Source of the DNA: Candidatus Poribacteria bacterium
GTDB taxonomy: Bacteria > Poribacteria > WGA-4E > PCPOR2b
Direction of reading: 5' to 3'
Length of the DNA: 64,000 nucleotides
Assembly (NCBI GenBank): GCA_965198175.1
Contig: OZ240245.1
Location: forward strand, 704,001 to 768,000
This document shows positions 38,126 to 48,217 of this stretch, piece by piece. Numbering within the stretch: the first letter of the stretch is position 1; each line of letters opens with the position of its first letter. The position numbers and the translations under genes were made by a program. Under the pieces are notes generated by a model. That model did no database searches. It was not told the DNA's origin and worked only from the letters and a program-made list of their open reading frames with translations.

Positions 38126-39283
38126 ATGGGCGATGTCGTTCATGCGGCGGTGATGGTGCACCCGGGAAAAATTGAGATTCAAGAGTTTCCTTTCCCAGAG
38201 TTAGAAGATGGGGGTGTGCTTCTCAAGGTGGAGATGTGCGGCATCTGTGGCACGGACAAGCACACCTGGCGCGGGGAGACGAAACAATATGCCGGCACAG
38301 ACGCCGAATCGGATACGCCATTTCCTATCATTCCGGGGCACGAAGTGATTGGAATCATCGCTGAAATCAACAATCGCAAAAGCCCACGCCTGGATTTTAA
38401 CGGGGAACGTCTACGGGTGGGCGATCGCGTTGCCCTGTGTCCTGATGTGATTTGTGGCAAATGCTATGACTGCCGGCACACGTTTGCATTTCCTTGGTGT
38501 GAAAATCTGCAAGGTTATGGTAATGCGTTTACCTCCGCTGATCCCCCTCACCTGTTTGGGGGCTGGGCGGAATATATGTACATCCTGCCCAACGCCTTTC
38601 TATATAAAGTTCCCGAAAATCTTCCGCTGCGAGTCGCCGTCATGGTAGAGTTGATGGCTGTTAGCTATAACCTAGATAAGACGAAAGAGTTCTTCACCCT
38701 CACGGGCGAGGGGTTCGCAACGGGCAGCACAGTTGTCATTCAAGGTGTCGGTCCGATGGGAATTTGCCACGTCATCAAGGCGCGAATGATGGGCGCGGGC
38801 CAAATTATCGCTACCGATGGTTCGGATTTCCGCCTTGACCTTGCCAGTGAATTTGGCGTTGACCACACCCTCAATGTGACTCAGACCACCCAAGATGAAC
38901 GAATTGAGTTCGTCCGCTCTCTGACCCATGGGCGCGGTGCGGACATCGTCGTGGAGTGTGCCGGTATTGCTGAGGTCGTACCTGAAGGACTGGAGATGCT
39001 GCGCAAGGGCGGTGTTTACATTGAAGCTGGCAACTTTGTTGAGACGGGAGAGGTATCGTTAAGTCCGCACCGTCACTTCTGTTCAAAAAATATTCGGCTT
39101 ATTGGGATGACTAACCACCCCTTCACCGGCTATACCCCTAGCATGGAGTTAATGCAACGGAATACCACTCGCTTCCCATTTGAGAAATTCGTGACCCATG
39201 AATACCCTCTCGCTCAGACTGAGATAGGAATGCTAAAGTCAATGCAACCTGAGCAGTGTATGAAGGTAGTCGTTGCACCATAG
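38126..39283 (+). CDS. Zinc-binding alcohol/sugar dehydrogenase (MDR family)
   Basis: CGTD, GHE, structural CGKCYDC and GVGPMG. Confidence 0.92.
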   Translation: MGDVVHAAVMVHPGKIEIQEFPFPELEDGGVLLKVEMCGICGTDKHTWRGETKQYAGTDAESDTPFPIIPGHEVIGIIAEINNRKSPRLDFNGERLRVGDRVALCPDVICGKCYDCRHTFAFPWCENLQGYGNAFTSADPPHLFGGWAEYMYILPNAFLYKVPENLPLRVAVMVELMAVSYNLDKTKEFFTLTGEGFATGSTVVIQGVGPMGICHVIKARMMGAGQIIATDGSDFRLDLASEFGVDHTLNVTQTTQDERIEFVRSLTHGRGADIVVECAGIAEVVPEGLEMLRKGGVYIEAGNFVETGEVSLSPHRHFCSKNIRLIGMTNHPFTGYTPSMELMQRNTTRFPFEKFVTHEYPLAQTEIGMLKSMQPEQCMKVVVAP

Positions 39284-39409
39284 GAGAATTAAATAACCTA
39301 TCACGGTTAAGCATAAAATTTTCAACTGCATCAGACTGCGGCGAAGATTGATTATTGTGTAGACAACGAAAAATAGCCTCTGATGTAAAACGAAGAAAGG
39401 GAATTGAAA

Positions 39410-40933
39410 ATGCTTGATAACAGGTATCTCTTCAATGACAATCAGATGCAGGATTTCATTGTCAACGGATATGTGACGGTCAAGACGAATCTTCCCGCTA
39501 GTTTCCACGAACACGTCTACCAGCAGCTTAACTCGGTCGTTGAGAGTGAAGGCAACCCGGGGAACAACGTGCTGCCGAGGATTCCTGAGATTCAGGAAGT
39601 CTTTGATCAACCGGTTATTCGAGGCGCCTTTACCAGTATACTAGGTCCGGATTATATCATGCACCCGCACCGCCATCCCCATCACAATTTGCCCGGCAGT
39701 CAGACGCAGAGTTGGCATAAGGACAGCTATTGGGGGTATTTAAAGATGCGCAACCACCGCCCCTGGTGGGCGATGGCGTTCTACTATCCGCAGGATGTCG
39801 CCGAAGAGATTGGGCCGACCGCGATTATACCGGGTACACAATATTACTATACAAATGCATATGGGGATGATGAAGCCGGTGTTCCGCTTTTCGGTCAAGC
39901 AGGTACAGTAACGATTATCCATTATGACCTTTGGCACCGGGCGATGGCAAATCGTACCGACAAGCATCGGTACATGTTGAAATTCCAATTCATCCGAATG
40001 GAGGCGCCGAAACATCCTACGTGGAACAATGAAATTTCGGACTGGACGCCTGTCGAGAATGGTGGCCCAGCGTACAAACCTCAGATAATGTGGCAGTATT
40101 GTTGGAACTGGTTGTCTGGAAGGGAACGATTGCACAAGAACGGTACCCCATCGCACGACGCAAATCCGACGCGGAATGGCGATGTGGCTAAATGGATTAA
40201 AGCGCTACGCAATGAAAACCCTATCGACCGTCTCAATGCGGCGGACGAGTTGGGAATGATACGTGATGAAGCCAGCCAAGATGCTGTACCGGCTCTGATA
40301 GAAGCTCTGGGAGATACACTAGAACCAGTCGGACTCAACGCCGCCTATTCGTTGGGCGAGATAGGTACTCCGGCTGTGCCAGGGTTGATAGAGGCGTTGA
40401 ATCACGAGTTGGAGTTGGTACATCGGAATGCAGCTTACGCGCTCAGTGCAATCGGTGCACCGGCTTTACCTGCGCTGACAGGCGCGTTGGAACACAAGCT
40501 CGACGCAGTTCGCGGCAATGCGGCTTATGCGTTGGGTGAAATTGGACCACCGGCTCAAAGTGCCGTGTCAACATTAATCCAACTTCTCGAAGACCCATCG
40601 GAGGAAGTCCGCCGGCATATGGTTGAGGCGCTGGGGATAATCGGCGCCCCACCCCATGACGTTGTACCGGCGTTGATAGAAGCCTTGCACGATCCGGATG
40701 CTCAAGTTCGCTTCACGGCTGCGCTCTCATTGACTCGGATCGGGGCACAGGCGCATGAGGCAGTGCCTGCATTGAAGGCGGCGTTGATCGATGAGAATCG
40801 GTATGTCCGTGCGAATGCGGTTGATGCATTGGATCGAATTGGCACGCCTGAAGCGCGAGAGGCCTTATTCCACTTTCTTTTTGCCGCCCGATGGTGCCCC
40901 ACAACCACCAAAGAGAGCAACTTTTACCCATAA
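39410..40933 (+). CDS. Phytanoyl-CoA dioxygenase-like (2OG-Fe) domain fused to HEAT/PBS-lyase repeats
   Basis: WHKD and LWHR facial-triad motifs; C-terminal AA.ALG.IG..AVPALI.AL repeats. Confidence 0.88.
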   Translation: MLDNRYLFNDNQMQDFIVNGYVTVKTNLPASFHEHVYQQLNSVVESEGNPGNNVLPRIPEIQEVFDQPVIRGAFTSILGPDYIMHPHRHPHHNLPGSQTQSWHKDSYWGYLKMRNHRPWWAMAFYYPQDVAEEIGPTAIIPGTQYYYTNAYGDDEAGVPLFGQAGTVTIIHYDLWHRAMANRTDKHRYMLKFQFIRMEAPKHPTWNNEISDWTPVENGGPAYKPQIMWQYCWNWLSGRERLHKNGTPSHDANPTRNGDVAKWIKALRNENPIDRLNAADELGMIRDEASQDAVPALIEALGDTLEPVGLNAAYSLGEIGTPAVPGLIEALNHELELVHRNAAYALSAIGAPALPALTGALEHKLDAVRGNAAYALGEIGPPAQSAVSTLIQLLEDPSEEVRRHMVEALGIIGAPPHDVVPALIEALHDPDAQVRFTAALSLTRIGAQAHEAVPALKAALIDENRYVRANAVDALDRIGTPEAREALFHFLFAARWCPTTTKESNFYP

Positions 40934-41032
40934 CGACCGTAGATTCGGGCGCGTTAAGAATCGAAGAAATGCAGGTAACGCGATTCCGGAACGTCATAGG
41001 AATTCGTGTTCTAATGCGACACGAGGTAAAAC

Positions 41033-42487
41033 ATGGCATATTCCAGCCTAAGAGATTTTGTGAAAACCTTGGAACAAGAGGGCGAGCTGAAACGGATTAA
41101 AACCAAAGTCTCACCCAATCTTGAAGTATCGCAGATTACTGATCGGGTGAGTAAGGCAGAAGGTCCAGCTTTGCTGTTTGAAAATGTGGAGGGGAGCGAG
41201 ATGCCGTTGCTCATCAACGCTTTCGGATCCTACAAGCGGATGGCAATAGCGCTAGGCGTGGATGACCTCAATAAGATTGCCGATGAGATTGAAGGTATGA
41301 TTAAGCTTGGTCCCCCGGAATCGCTGCTCGACAAAGTCAAGATCCTCGGTATACTGGCGAAATTCACCAAGTTCCCTCCCAAGACCGTTCGGCGCGGCGC
41401 GTGTCAAGAAGTAGTACATACCGGCGATAGCGTGTCATTGGATACCTTGCCGATTATCAAATGTTGGCCTCTTGATGCGGATAAATATATCACGCTGCCC
41501 CAAGTCTTTACGCACAGCCTAGAAACGGGTCAGCGCAATGTTGGCACCTATCGAATGCAGAAGATTGATGCACGCACTATGGCGATGCACTGGCAGATTC
41601 ACCATGACGGCGCGGCACATCACCGAGAATACCGTCAAGCGGGGGTGAGGATGCCTGTCGCCGTTGCAATTGGCGGCGATCCGGTCATGTCTTATATCGG
41701 CACCGCTCCTCTCCCAACAGGGATTGATGAAATCCTGTTTGCGGGCTTTCTCCGCAAAGCCAATGTGCCGATGGTACAGGGTAAGACGATTGACATGCTA
41801 GTTCCCGCAGACGCCGACATTGTGATTGAAGGGTATATCGAACCTGACGAAACCTGCATGGAAGGACCTTTCGGCGATCACACCGGCTATTATTCGCTTG
41901 AGGACAAATACCCTGTTTTTCATATCACCGGTATTACGCACCGTAAGAACCCCATCTACCAGACAATTATCGTTGGCAAGCCACCGATGGAAGATTGCTA
42001 CATGGGTAAAGCAACGGAGCGAATCTTTTTGCCGTTGATTAAAACACAACTTCCGGAGCTGATCGATATGAATCTACCGTTGTTCGGTGTGTTCCACAAT
42101 TTTGCCTTAATCTCTATTGACAAACGCTATCCATTCCACGCGAAGAAGATTATGCACAGCTTGTGGGGTCTCGGACAACTCATGTTCAGCAAGATTATTG
42201 TCGTTGTGGATAAGAATGTGGATGTGCAAAGTGTAGAAGAAGTGCTCTTCCGCGTCGGCAGCAATGTGGATCCGAAGCGTGATGTAACCATCGTCGAAGG
42301 ACCCGTTGATGTGCTCGACCACGCGGCCCCTCTGATTGGCGCTGGGTCGAAAATGGGAATTGATGCAACCACCAAATGGCGTGAGGAAGGTTACCAACGC
42401 GAGTGGCCCGACGAAATCACGATGTCTCAAGAGATGATCGATTTCGTGAACAAACGGTGGGAGGAGTATGGGCTTGGTGAGATGTAA
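41033..42487 (+). CDS. UbiD-family (menaquinone biosynthesis, MqnL-like) decarboxylase
   Basis: NVGTYRMQ, EGPFGDHTGYY, GKPPMED, GSKMGIDAT. Confidence 0.92.
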   Translation: MAYSSLRDFVKTLEQEGELKRIKTKVSPNLEVSQITDRVSKAEGPALLFENVEGSEMPLLINAFGSYKRMAIALGVDDLNKIADEIEGMIKLGPPESLLDKVKILGILAKFTKFPPKTVRRGACQEVVHTGDSVSLDTLPIIKCWPLDADKYITLPQVFTHSLETGQRNVGTYRMQKIDARTMAMHWQIHHDGAAHHREYRQAGVRMPVAVAIGGDPVMSYIGTAPLPTGIDEILFAGFLRKANVPMVQGKTIDMLVPADADIVIEGYIEPDETCMEGPFGDHTGYYSLEDKYPVFHITGITHRKNPIYQTIIVGKPPMEDCYMGKATERIFLPLIKTQLPELIDMNLPLFGVFHNFALISIDKRYPFHAKKIMHSLWGLGQLMFSKIIVVVDKNVDVQSVEEVLFRVGSNVDPKRDVTIVEGPVDVLDHAAPLIGAGSKMGIDATTKWREEGYQREWPDEITMSQEMIDFVNKRWEEYGLGEM

Positions 42488-42632
42488 AGGGCGCGGAAGG
42501 TATCAATATTGGATTTAGAAGGAACACAACGTCCCAACTGATGCTATTCTGAAACGAAGAATTGTACTCGCAGCGACCGAGAATTCACGCTTCAACTACC
42601 AAAGAAAATAGACAATTGCCCCACAATCAAGC

Positions 42633-42661
42633 TTGACAAAGCCAACTGCTTGATGTACACT
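42633..42661 (+). promoter_or_regulatory. Sigma70 promoter upstream of nadA
   Basis: TTGACA-17 bp-TACACT. Confidence 0.55.
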
Positions 42662-42794
42662 CTAGCAGTTTAAGACGTATCAAAAGATTTGTGTCACCTT
42701 TAATGGAATACCAGTAGACATTCTCACAGCAGTTACGGCGCTCAAGAAAATATGGGGTGAAAAACCCCAAGAGTCTCGGGGGAAAAAAGAACTT

Positions 42795-43910
42795 ATGAAT
42801 GCCCAACCCACAGCGGGAAAAACTGACGATAGTATGCATATGGAAGAGCTTAGTCTTGAGGGAGTAAAAAATGAGCTCTACCAGAGACATCACCCGAGTT
42901 TAATGACTGTAGACATAGAGGCGCATGCAGAGACAGTCTACAGGATATTAAAACTCAAGAAAAAACACAACGTGTTAATGCTCGGCCACAATTACATGGA
43001 ACCGCTTGTGTTTGGTCTGTCTGAAACAGTGGAGCAGGGGGACTCGCTTGGATTAAGTGTGCACGCCGCGAAAACAGAAGCACCGTACATTATCTTTAAT
43101 GGTGTGCCGTTTATGGCGGAAACGGCAAAGATACTTAATCCGTCAAAGACAGTGCTTGTTGCTGATAAAACGGCTGGATGTTCATTGGCTGATAATTTCG
43201 GCGCAGAGGATGTCAAAAAATTGAAGGCGCTTTACCCTGGTGTCCCGGTTATGATTTACATCAACAGCTACGCTGACGCGAAAGCGGAATCAGACATCTG
43301 CTGTACATCTGCGAATGCTGCCAAGATTGCGAAGGCAATGCCGGGCAACGAGATTCTTTTTGTTCCCGACATTTTCTTCTCACAAAATTTAGAAGAAGAG
43401 CTCAAGGGAGAAAAAACCGTTCTGTATCCGGGCAAAGGCAATCAGGAGCCGGGCGCGGTGTGTGAGGTTCATGAAAGGTTCTCACTCGACGACCTGCTTG
43501 CGATACGAGAATCGTTCGACATACCTAAAGGTCATCCGGGCCGAATGCTATATGCGCATTGGGAATGCCGGCCAGAGGTACTTCATGAGGCGGACTATTA
43601 CGGAAGCACAAGCCAAATACGGAGGGATATCGCAAAGCGGGTGGAAGAAAACACATTGGAACGTGCCTTTATCGCATCGGAATGTGAATTAACCTCCAAC
43701 TTGGCGCAGGAATTTCCAACAATCCAGTTTTGGACCGCTTGTTCTGTACGTTGCTCGCACATGGCAAAAGTTTCGCTCGACAAGGTACTTCGTATTCTGG
43801 AAACTCTAGATAGCGGTAACGATTTAAGCCCCCATGAAGTTACGTTGAGCCCGGAGGTCATTGAGCAAGCGAGAACCCCTATTGAGCGGATGCTTGAAAT
43901 GAGTGTTTGA
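42795..43910 (+). CDS. nadA: Quinolinate synthase
   Basis: GHNY, GDSL, FMAETAKILNP, GCSLA, YINS, CEVH, CSHM. Confidence 0.93.
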   Translation: MNAQPTAGKTDDSMHMEELSLEGVKNELYQRHHPSLMTVDIEAHAETVYRILKLKKKHNVLMLGHNYMEPLVFGLSETVEQGDSLGLSVHAAKTEAPYIIFNGVPFMAETAKILNPSKTVLVADKTAGCSLADNFGAEDVKKLKALYPGVPVMIYINSYADAKAESDICCTSANAAKIAKAMPGNEILFVPDIFFSQNLEEELKGEKTVLYPGKGNQEPGAVCEVHERFSLDDLLAIRESFDIPKGHPGRMLYAHWECRPEVLHEADYYGSTSQIRRDIAKRVEENTLERAFIASECELTSNLAQEFPTIQFWTACSVRCSHMAKVSLDKVLRILETLDSGNDLSPHEVTLSPEVIEQARTPIERMLEMSV

Positions 43911-43945
43911 CATACTCCCAATCGATCTAATTTCCCGCCCAGACT

Positions 43946-44929
43946 TCACTCCGTATCTAAAGACTCGAGAATATTGGTGACAATACCATCCGTGTTGATG
44001 TCCGCTCCCTTACCCTCATAGTTCAAGAAAATGCGGTGGCGCAGAGCAGGAAGTGCAACGGATTGCACATCCTCAAAAGCTACGTTGTAGCGCTCGTCGA
44101 GCAACGCCTTAATCTTTGCTGTCAACGTGACTGCTTGTACCCCACGAATGCTCGCACCCAATCCGACGTACCGCTTGGTCATCTCTGGTGCATTGGGGTT
44201 ATCTGGGTGAGTCCATCGAATAAGTTCAATGATATACCGCTCCACATGTTCTACAATTGGCACGCGCCGGACCAACTGTCGCATCCATTGAATCGTCTGT
44301 GAATCAATCACCTTCTCGACAATAACTTCTCTATCCCATGTAGTCCGCCGCATAATCTCAAGCATTTCATCCGCATCTGGATAAGTCACATGAAGCTTAA
44401 ATAGAAATCGATCTAACTGGGCTTCTGGCAAAGGATACGTCCCCTCTAGCTCCAGCGGATTCTGCGTTGCGAGAACACAAAACGGTTCATCCAGTTTATG
44501 GCTTGTCCGCCCTACACTCACTGTCCGCTCCTGCATAGCTTCCAGCAAGGCGGATTGGGTTCGCGGCGTTGCTCGGTTAATCTCGTCTGCCAACACAATC
44601 TGCGCAAAAATGGGCCCCTTCTGAAATTCAAACTGTTTGCGCCCTTGCGCATTTTCGATAAGAAGCATCGTCCCTGTGATGTCGGATGGCATCATATCCG
44701 GCGTGAACTGAATCCGCGCAAAGGACATACTCAACACTTCGCTTAACGTATGTATTAGTTGCGTTTTGCCCAAGCCGGGGACGCCTTCAAGAAGTGCATG
44801 TCCGTCGGCGAGCAGGCACAGTAATACCCCTTCGATGATTTCGTCCTGCCCAACAATGCGCTTCTGGACCTCTGCCTTAACGCGGTTGAAGTTTTCTCGG
44901 AATTTTTGTACTTGAGCTTCAGTCTGCAT
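43946..44929 (-). CDS. MoxR-family AAA+ ATPase
   Basis: Start reassigned to MQTEAQ (44929); GVPGLGKT, RIQFTPD, DEINRA, ATQNP, LPEAQLDRF. Confidence 0.95.
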   Translation of the reverse strand: MQTEAQVQKFRENFNRVKAEVQKRIVGQDEIIEGVLLCLLADGHALLEGVPGLGKTQLIHTLSEVLSMSFARIQFTPDMMPSDITGTMLLIENAQGRKQFEFQKGPIFAQIVLADEINRATPRTQSALLEAMQERTVSVGRTSHKLDEPFCVLATQNPLELEGTYPLPEAQLDRFLFKLHVTYPDADEMLEIMRRTTWDREVIVEKVIDSQTIQWMRQLVRRVPIVEHVERYIIELIRWTHPDNPNAPEMTKRYVGLGASIRGVQAVTLTAKIKALLDERYNVAFEDVQSVALPALRHRIFLNYEGKGADINTDGIVTNILESLDTE

Positions 44930-45047
44930 AATAGATGAGTGGCTAAAGGCAATAACTTCTGAATTCCCGTTAAGTAAAATATTGAGAGTGTCTAACCGAT
45001 AGATTATAGCATCTATCGCTTTAATGAGCTTGTGCTGAAACCTTGAT

Positions 45048-46583
45048 TCACTTCCTCCATAACTCCGGTGCGAATAATACCAATACGGTGTACAGCTCCA
45101 GGCGCCCCAATAACATGCAAAAACTGAGGATAAATTTCCCAAACGGGTGGATATGCGCGTAATTGTCCGCGGGCCCTACAGATCCAAAACCGGGACCGAT
45201 GTTCCCCATCGTAGCAATAACCGACGCCGCCGCACTAGCGAGATCCATGCCCAACGTTGCCATGATGCAAGTGGCAATCGTGAAAATTCCAACGAAAAGG
45301 AAGAAAAACCCTAGGATATTCGTCATGACCTCCGGCGGAACAACTCTATCATTGAGTTTAACAGGAAGCACGGCGTGTGGGAGTATTAACCGTTTTATCT
45401 CTGTGTGCCCCTGTTTAATGAGCAGCAGAAAGCGCACATGCTTGATCCCACCCCCTGTTGAACCAGCGCACCCACCGAAAAACATCAGTACAATTAAGAT
45501 GAATCGGGACAAGTAGGGCCACTGTTCAAAATCGGCAGTGCCGTATCCAGTCGTCGTGATAATGGATACTACTTGAAAAGCGGCGTAGCGCAGCGCTGTG
45601 CCAAACGAACCGTAGACAACCTCGTCACCAACTTTGGTGCTCGTTGTATTCCAGACAATCAGCCCTGTACAGAGAATGAACATGAGGCAGTAAAACCGAA
45701 ACTCTGCATCTCGGAGGTAGCCTTTGAAATCACCACGTAAAGCCCGATAGTGTAAGGAAAAGCTCGCTCCAGCAAGGAACATGAAGATGATGATGACAAC
45801 ATCAATATAAACGCTGTCGTAATGGCCAATGCTCGCATTTTTGGTTGCGAAGCCGCCGGTGGCCATTGTGCCGAAGGCGTGGCAGAATGCATTAAATAAC
45901 GCTTCACCCGTAGTTTCACGAAGTTCAGGCGCAACAAACTTTGTTGCGCCAATCCAGAGAAGGATGACTTCTACAAGCGTAATCAGAACATAAACCACCC
46001 AAAGCAGTTTGGCAGTTTGTGCGATGCGCGGTGTCAATCGATCCTTACTAGGACCTGGAACTTCAGCGCGATAAAGCTGCATCCCACCGACTCCTAACAT
46101 AGGTAAAATCGCTAGCGCAAGCACAACGATACCCATTCCGCCAAGCCAATGCATCAAGCTTCGCCAGAAAAGAATGGCATGGGGAAGATGCTCGATTTCG
46201 GTGAGAACGGTTGCTCCAGTCGTTGTGAACCCCGACATGGATTCAAAGTAGCAAAACGAAAATTCGACTAGCCAAGTTCGCTCCGCTTCCTCGAACACAC
46301 GGCGAAAAAAATAGGGGAACGACCCAAACAGAGCGATAACCGCCCAACCTAATGTGACTACTGCAAACCCTTCTTTGTTTCCTAGCTCTTGACCGGATCT
46401 AGTCCTCAACCGAAGCGCTAGTCCAACGAGGAGAGTGATTAGAAAAGAATAGATAAAAGCTCGTAAATCTGATTCGCCATTTGCCGATTGATAGTACACA
46501 GCTATCAACAACGGACATAGCATCGTTGCGGCAAGACAAATCAGTAAATTGCCAAGCGTATACAGAACTAATCTTAAATTCAC
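45048..46583 (-). CDS. trkH: Trk potassium uptake permease
   Basis: FESMSGFTTTGAT, WLGGMG, TTTGY, GSTGGGIK, GRLE. Confidence 0.96.
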   Translation of the reverse strand: MNLRLVLYTLGNLLICLAATMLCPLLIAVYYQSANGESDLRAFIYSFLITLLVGLALRLRTRSGQELGNKEGFAVVTLGWAVIALFGSFPYFFRRVFEEAERTWLVEFSFCYFESMSGFTTTGATVLTEIEHLPHAILFWRSLMHWLGGMGIVVLALAILPMLGVGGMQLYRAEVPGPSKDRLTPRIAQTAKLLWVVYVLITLVEVILLWIGATKFVAPELRETTGEALFNAFCHAFGTMATGGFATKNASIGHYDSVYIDVVIIIFMFLAGASFSLHYRALRGDFKGYLRDAEFRFYCLMFILCTGLIVWNTTSTKVGDEVVYGSFGTALRYAAFQVVSIITTTGYGTADFEQWPYLSRFILIVLMFFGGCAGSTGGGIKHVRFLLLIKQGHTEIKRLILPHAVLPVKLNDRVVPPEVMTNILGFFFLFVGIFTIATCIMATLGMDLASAAASVIATMGNIGPGFGSVGPADNYAHIHPFGKFILSFCMLLGRLELYTVLVLFAPELWRK

Positions 46584-46757
46584 AGCATCAGGGGCAGCTT
46601 ATACCATTTTGCCTTTATGTAGCTAAAGAATGTAGAAAAAACTGTCAAGCTTGGCTTCATTAACAAAACAGTATTGCGGAATCAATGTTTGAGATTACAT
46701 CAAAATGATTGTATGGGCGAATCAACCAACCAAGATGTTACGTTTTATATTTCGTCT

Positions 46758-48137
46758 TTACTTTTCTGAGAACAACGCTTCAACAGCAGGGATTGCATGT
46801 GGTAAACTGAAGACAATGACGCGATCTCCCACTTGAATCACGAGGTCACCTGTCGGAACAAAAACTCGATCGCGCCGAACAATCGCTCCGATTAAAGCGT
46901 CATCGGGCAATTTCAAAGAGTCAATCTCTTTGTGGGTAACTCTTGAGTTGATTCCCGCAACAAGTTCGATGGCTTCCGCGTCAACCTCTCGCAACGATGC
47001 AGCGGAAATAACTGGACCTCGGCGAATCAGACGGAGGCTGTTGTTGACTGCATTTAGGTGGAGACTCACCGCCGCATCAAGCGTCGGAATAGCAGCAAGG
47101 ATTGGCAAGTAACGTGGCTTTTGGACCAGCGCAATGACACGAGCAGCTCCATTCTGCTTGGCTGTTACACACGCCATAATATCATTTTCATCATCACCTG
47201 TTACAGAGACAAATCCATCTGCTTCGTTGACACCGGCTTGCTCTAGGAAACCGGGCTGGAGGTAATTGCCGTGGAGGAGCGTGGTTTTTTTCAAAATGGT
47301 TGACGCAGCTTCTGCCTGCCGCCGATCTGACTCAATCATTTTGACTTGAACTCCGCCCTTTTCGAGGGCGTCCGCCAGATATATACCAATTCGCCCAGCA
47401 CCAACGATTATTACGCGCTTGAGGTTTCGATCCAAGGACACACCGGAAAGTTGAAGCAGGTGCATAACTGCTTCACGACTGCCAATTGCGAAGACCTCAT
47501 CTCCTACAAGGATGAGGTCTTGCCCTTTGGGAATTATTGTCGTGCCATCCTTACGTTTAATCGCCGTGAATAGTATATTGGACGCGAGTTTTTTATTTCC
47601 CCAAGCTACGCCTTCCCTACCGATATGATTCAGAGTTTTGCCCTGAAGCGGATTGGAGGCTGTCACCTGAAATGCGACCAACTGGACTTTACCGTCTCCA
47701 AATTCGACGATTTCACGAGCTTCCGGCATATTGAGCAGTCGCAGAAGTTCTTGCGCGCAGAGTAGGTCCGGATTAATTAGCAGGTCAATTCCGAAATCTT
47801 TTGGCGATAAGTCTGCTTTGTCCGCGAAGTAATCCGGAGAGGAGACTCGCGCTACCTTCGTCTCAACTCCGTGTTTAGAAGCAATCAGACATGCGAGTAA
47901 GTTAATTTCATCGCAGCTCGTTGCGGCAATAAGTAACTCAGCGTCTTGGATTCCAGCCTGCTTTAATAAGCGGGGAGAAGCCCCTGAACCTTGGAGTGTC
48001 AAGAGATCTAGTTGTTCCTGAGCACGCCGGCAAGCAGCTTCTGAATGATCAATCAGAACAACGTCATTATTCTCTGCCGTCAACAGTTTTGCCGCATGAA
48101 ATCCGAATTCCCCCACACCAATGACAATCGCTTTCAT
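46758..48137 (-). CDS. trkA: Trk potassium uptake NAD-binding subunit
   Basis: Two RCK units with GVGEFG and GAGRIG; adjacent to trkH. Confidence 0.95.
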   Translation of the reverse strand: MKAIVIGVGEFGFHAAKLLTAENNDVVLIDHSEAACRRAQEQLDLLTLQGSGASPRLLKQAGIQDAELLIAATSCDEINLLACLIASKHGVETKVARVSSPDYFADKADLSPKDFGIDLLINPDLLCAQELLRLLNMPEAREIVEFGDGKVQLVAFQVTASNPLQGKTLNHIGREGVAWGNKKLASNILFTAIKRKDGTTIIPKGQDLILVGDEVFAIGSREAVMHLLQLSGVSLDRNLKRVIIVGAGRIGIYLADALEKGGVQVKMIESDRRQAEAASTILKKTTLLHGNYLQPGFLEQAGVNEADGFVSVTGDDENDIMACVTAKQNGAARVIALVQKPRYLPILAAIPTLDAAVSLHLNAVNNSLRLIRRGPVISAASLREVDAEAIELVAGINSRVTHKEIDSLKLPDDALIGAIVRRDRVFVPTGDLVIQVGDRVIVFSLPHAIPAVEALFSEK

Positions 48138-48217
48138 ACTAGTTCAAATTTCCGTTGAGATTTAAGGCATTTCAAGTTTTGAAATCTCCAGGTAGGCTCC
48201 GTTGAATGCCCTAAAAT

